Positions 62,801-64,000 of a DNA stretch of 64,000 nt are shown piece by piece. The notes beneath the pieces were generated by a model. That model made no database searches. It was given only the letters and a program-made list of their open reading frames with translations, and was not told the DNA's origin. Each line of letters begins with the position of its first letter. Within the stretch, counting starts at the first letter, position 1. Source of the DNA: Camelus dromedarius. Its lineage: Eukaryota. The stretch covers positions 11,906,001-11,970,000 of the forward strand of contig NC_087437.1 in the NCBI RefSeq assembly GCF_036321535.1. The letters are read 5' to 3'. The position numbers and the translations under genes were made by a program.

Positions 62801-64000
62801 CCTTGGGAATATCCTTGTCAACTGAGACAGACCAGATGAGCTGGCAAGGAGGTTGGCTTGAACCCTCTCCACTTTTGGGGAAGGAGAAAGTGCTGTTGTT
62901 TTAGTACGTCTTGTATAAGAGCCACTGCAGATTACAGACAGTACTAAAACAAAACAAAACAAAACCCGATTATGTAATTTTGTGAGACATGGCCTCCAAA
63001 AAGCAAGCTCGAGAAAACAAGGAAATGTTCTTGTCCTGTGGTAGAACATTCAAAGGCCTGCAGGGGTCAGGGTCAAGAAGAGAGGCGGCCCAGTTCCAGG
63101 TACTGGCTTCGCTCCGAAGCAGTTTCAGCCTCCTGTTGACAAATGTCTGACTTGAAATGATGGTTTAGAAATCTGGAATTTTGTGTGGGTCTGGAAATCT
63201 GTGTAAAATCTCCAGGGTTGTTGTTATTTTTTTTTTAATGCCAACTAAAGCAAACTTAAAAATAATCTTAGCACCCAAACTTAATATATTGGGGGACTAA
63301 ATTTGGCACATGGGCTGCCAGTTAGCAATTTACGGTTTTACTCATACTGGGTGAAGTCCATGTGCGAGTGAAAAAGGTATTTAATATGGTGGAAAATACT
63401 CGCGTAGGAACTGGCATTGAGAAAGATGTTAAAGTGTTCCAGGGTACTAAGGCTAGGAAATTTTGGGCTTCCAGATGTGACAGTGTGACTTAATGATCTA
63501 CTTTTATTAACCTACAGTAAAAAACAAAACAAAACAAAAACCCCCTACCTCCCCCCCAAAAAACCCAGGGAGATAATTAATGCCATAATTGTGTTTCCAG
63601 AGTGATTAACCCTACCCAAGTGTCTAGAATACCACTTTTTCTTAGTTGATACTCCTCAGGTTTGCACAAACAAAAGGGATCAGGAAAAATGTGATGAATT
63701 ATTCCCTGAATTTGAAGGAGTGTGAAGGGACAGTTTGGATAATCCATGCACAGATCCCAGTCTGTAGAAAATTATATTTGTCTTCAGGGATAGGGAGAAT
63801 ATCCTTTTAAAACACTGATTTAAAAGAAAAATTTATATTTACAATGTATCAAAGGGCGTAAGGAGGCCCAGACATTTTATTCTACAGATTGAGTTTGAGG
63901 TTCACAAGGTTTTTATAAATATCTCCAGCTGGGTAGGAACAGAGGCGATAGGATGGTGTAATTGTTGAGAAAACAGCAATATGAGTCAAACTAAGTGGAC

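Noticed and set aside
54594..64000. Naming the CpG-island gene (SLC16A9/MRLN and SLC16A12 loci considered)
   Set aside because: No coding exon found in the window, and I saw no myoregulin ORF upstream; identity unsupported. Candidate UTR exons at 56709 and 59325 are too weak to call.
1..64000. CRISPR arrays, operons or other prokaryotic systems
   Set aside because: Clearly mammalian DNA; no regularly spaced repeat-spacer array seen.

Overview
This is 64 kb of AT-rich, repeat-dense mammalian genomic DNA, probably from a camelid (two Vic-1-like tRNA-derived SINEs). I find no intact protein-coding gene; the ORF track is mostly repeat-derived or chance. Three components stand out. (1) The unique sequence between the repeats holds a chain of about 25-30 AG...GT-bounded, mostly phase-compatible + strand segments from ~9.9 to ~50.4 kb (possibly ~53.2 kb). 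They splice into a long protein-like frame broken by scattered stops, frameshifts and a lost splice acceptor, i.e. an intron-containing pseudogene of a large, internally repetitive protein. From memory only, its peptides resemble the long repeat-containing mesothelin/otoancorin/stereocilin-related proteins of non-mammalian vertebrates; this is unverified. (2) A CpG-island promoter at ~54.4-56.2 kb has tandem GC boxes and a probable non-coding first exon ending at 54719, from a + strand gene I cannot name. (3) There are many L1, L2/MIR, ERV/MaLR LTR and MER5 relics, including nested insertions and a twin-primed L1 with a perfect 18-bp TSD. Repeat subfamily names are by eye and repeat boundaries are approximate.
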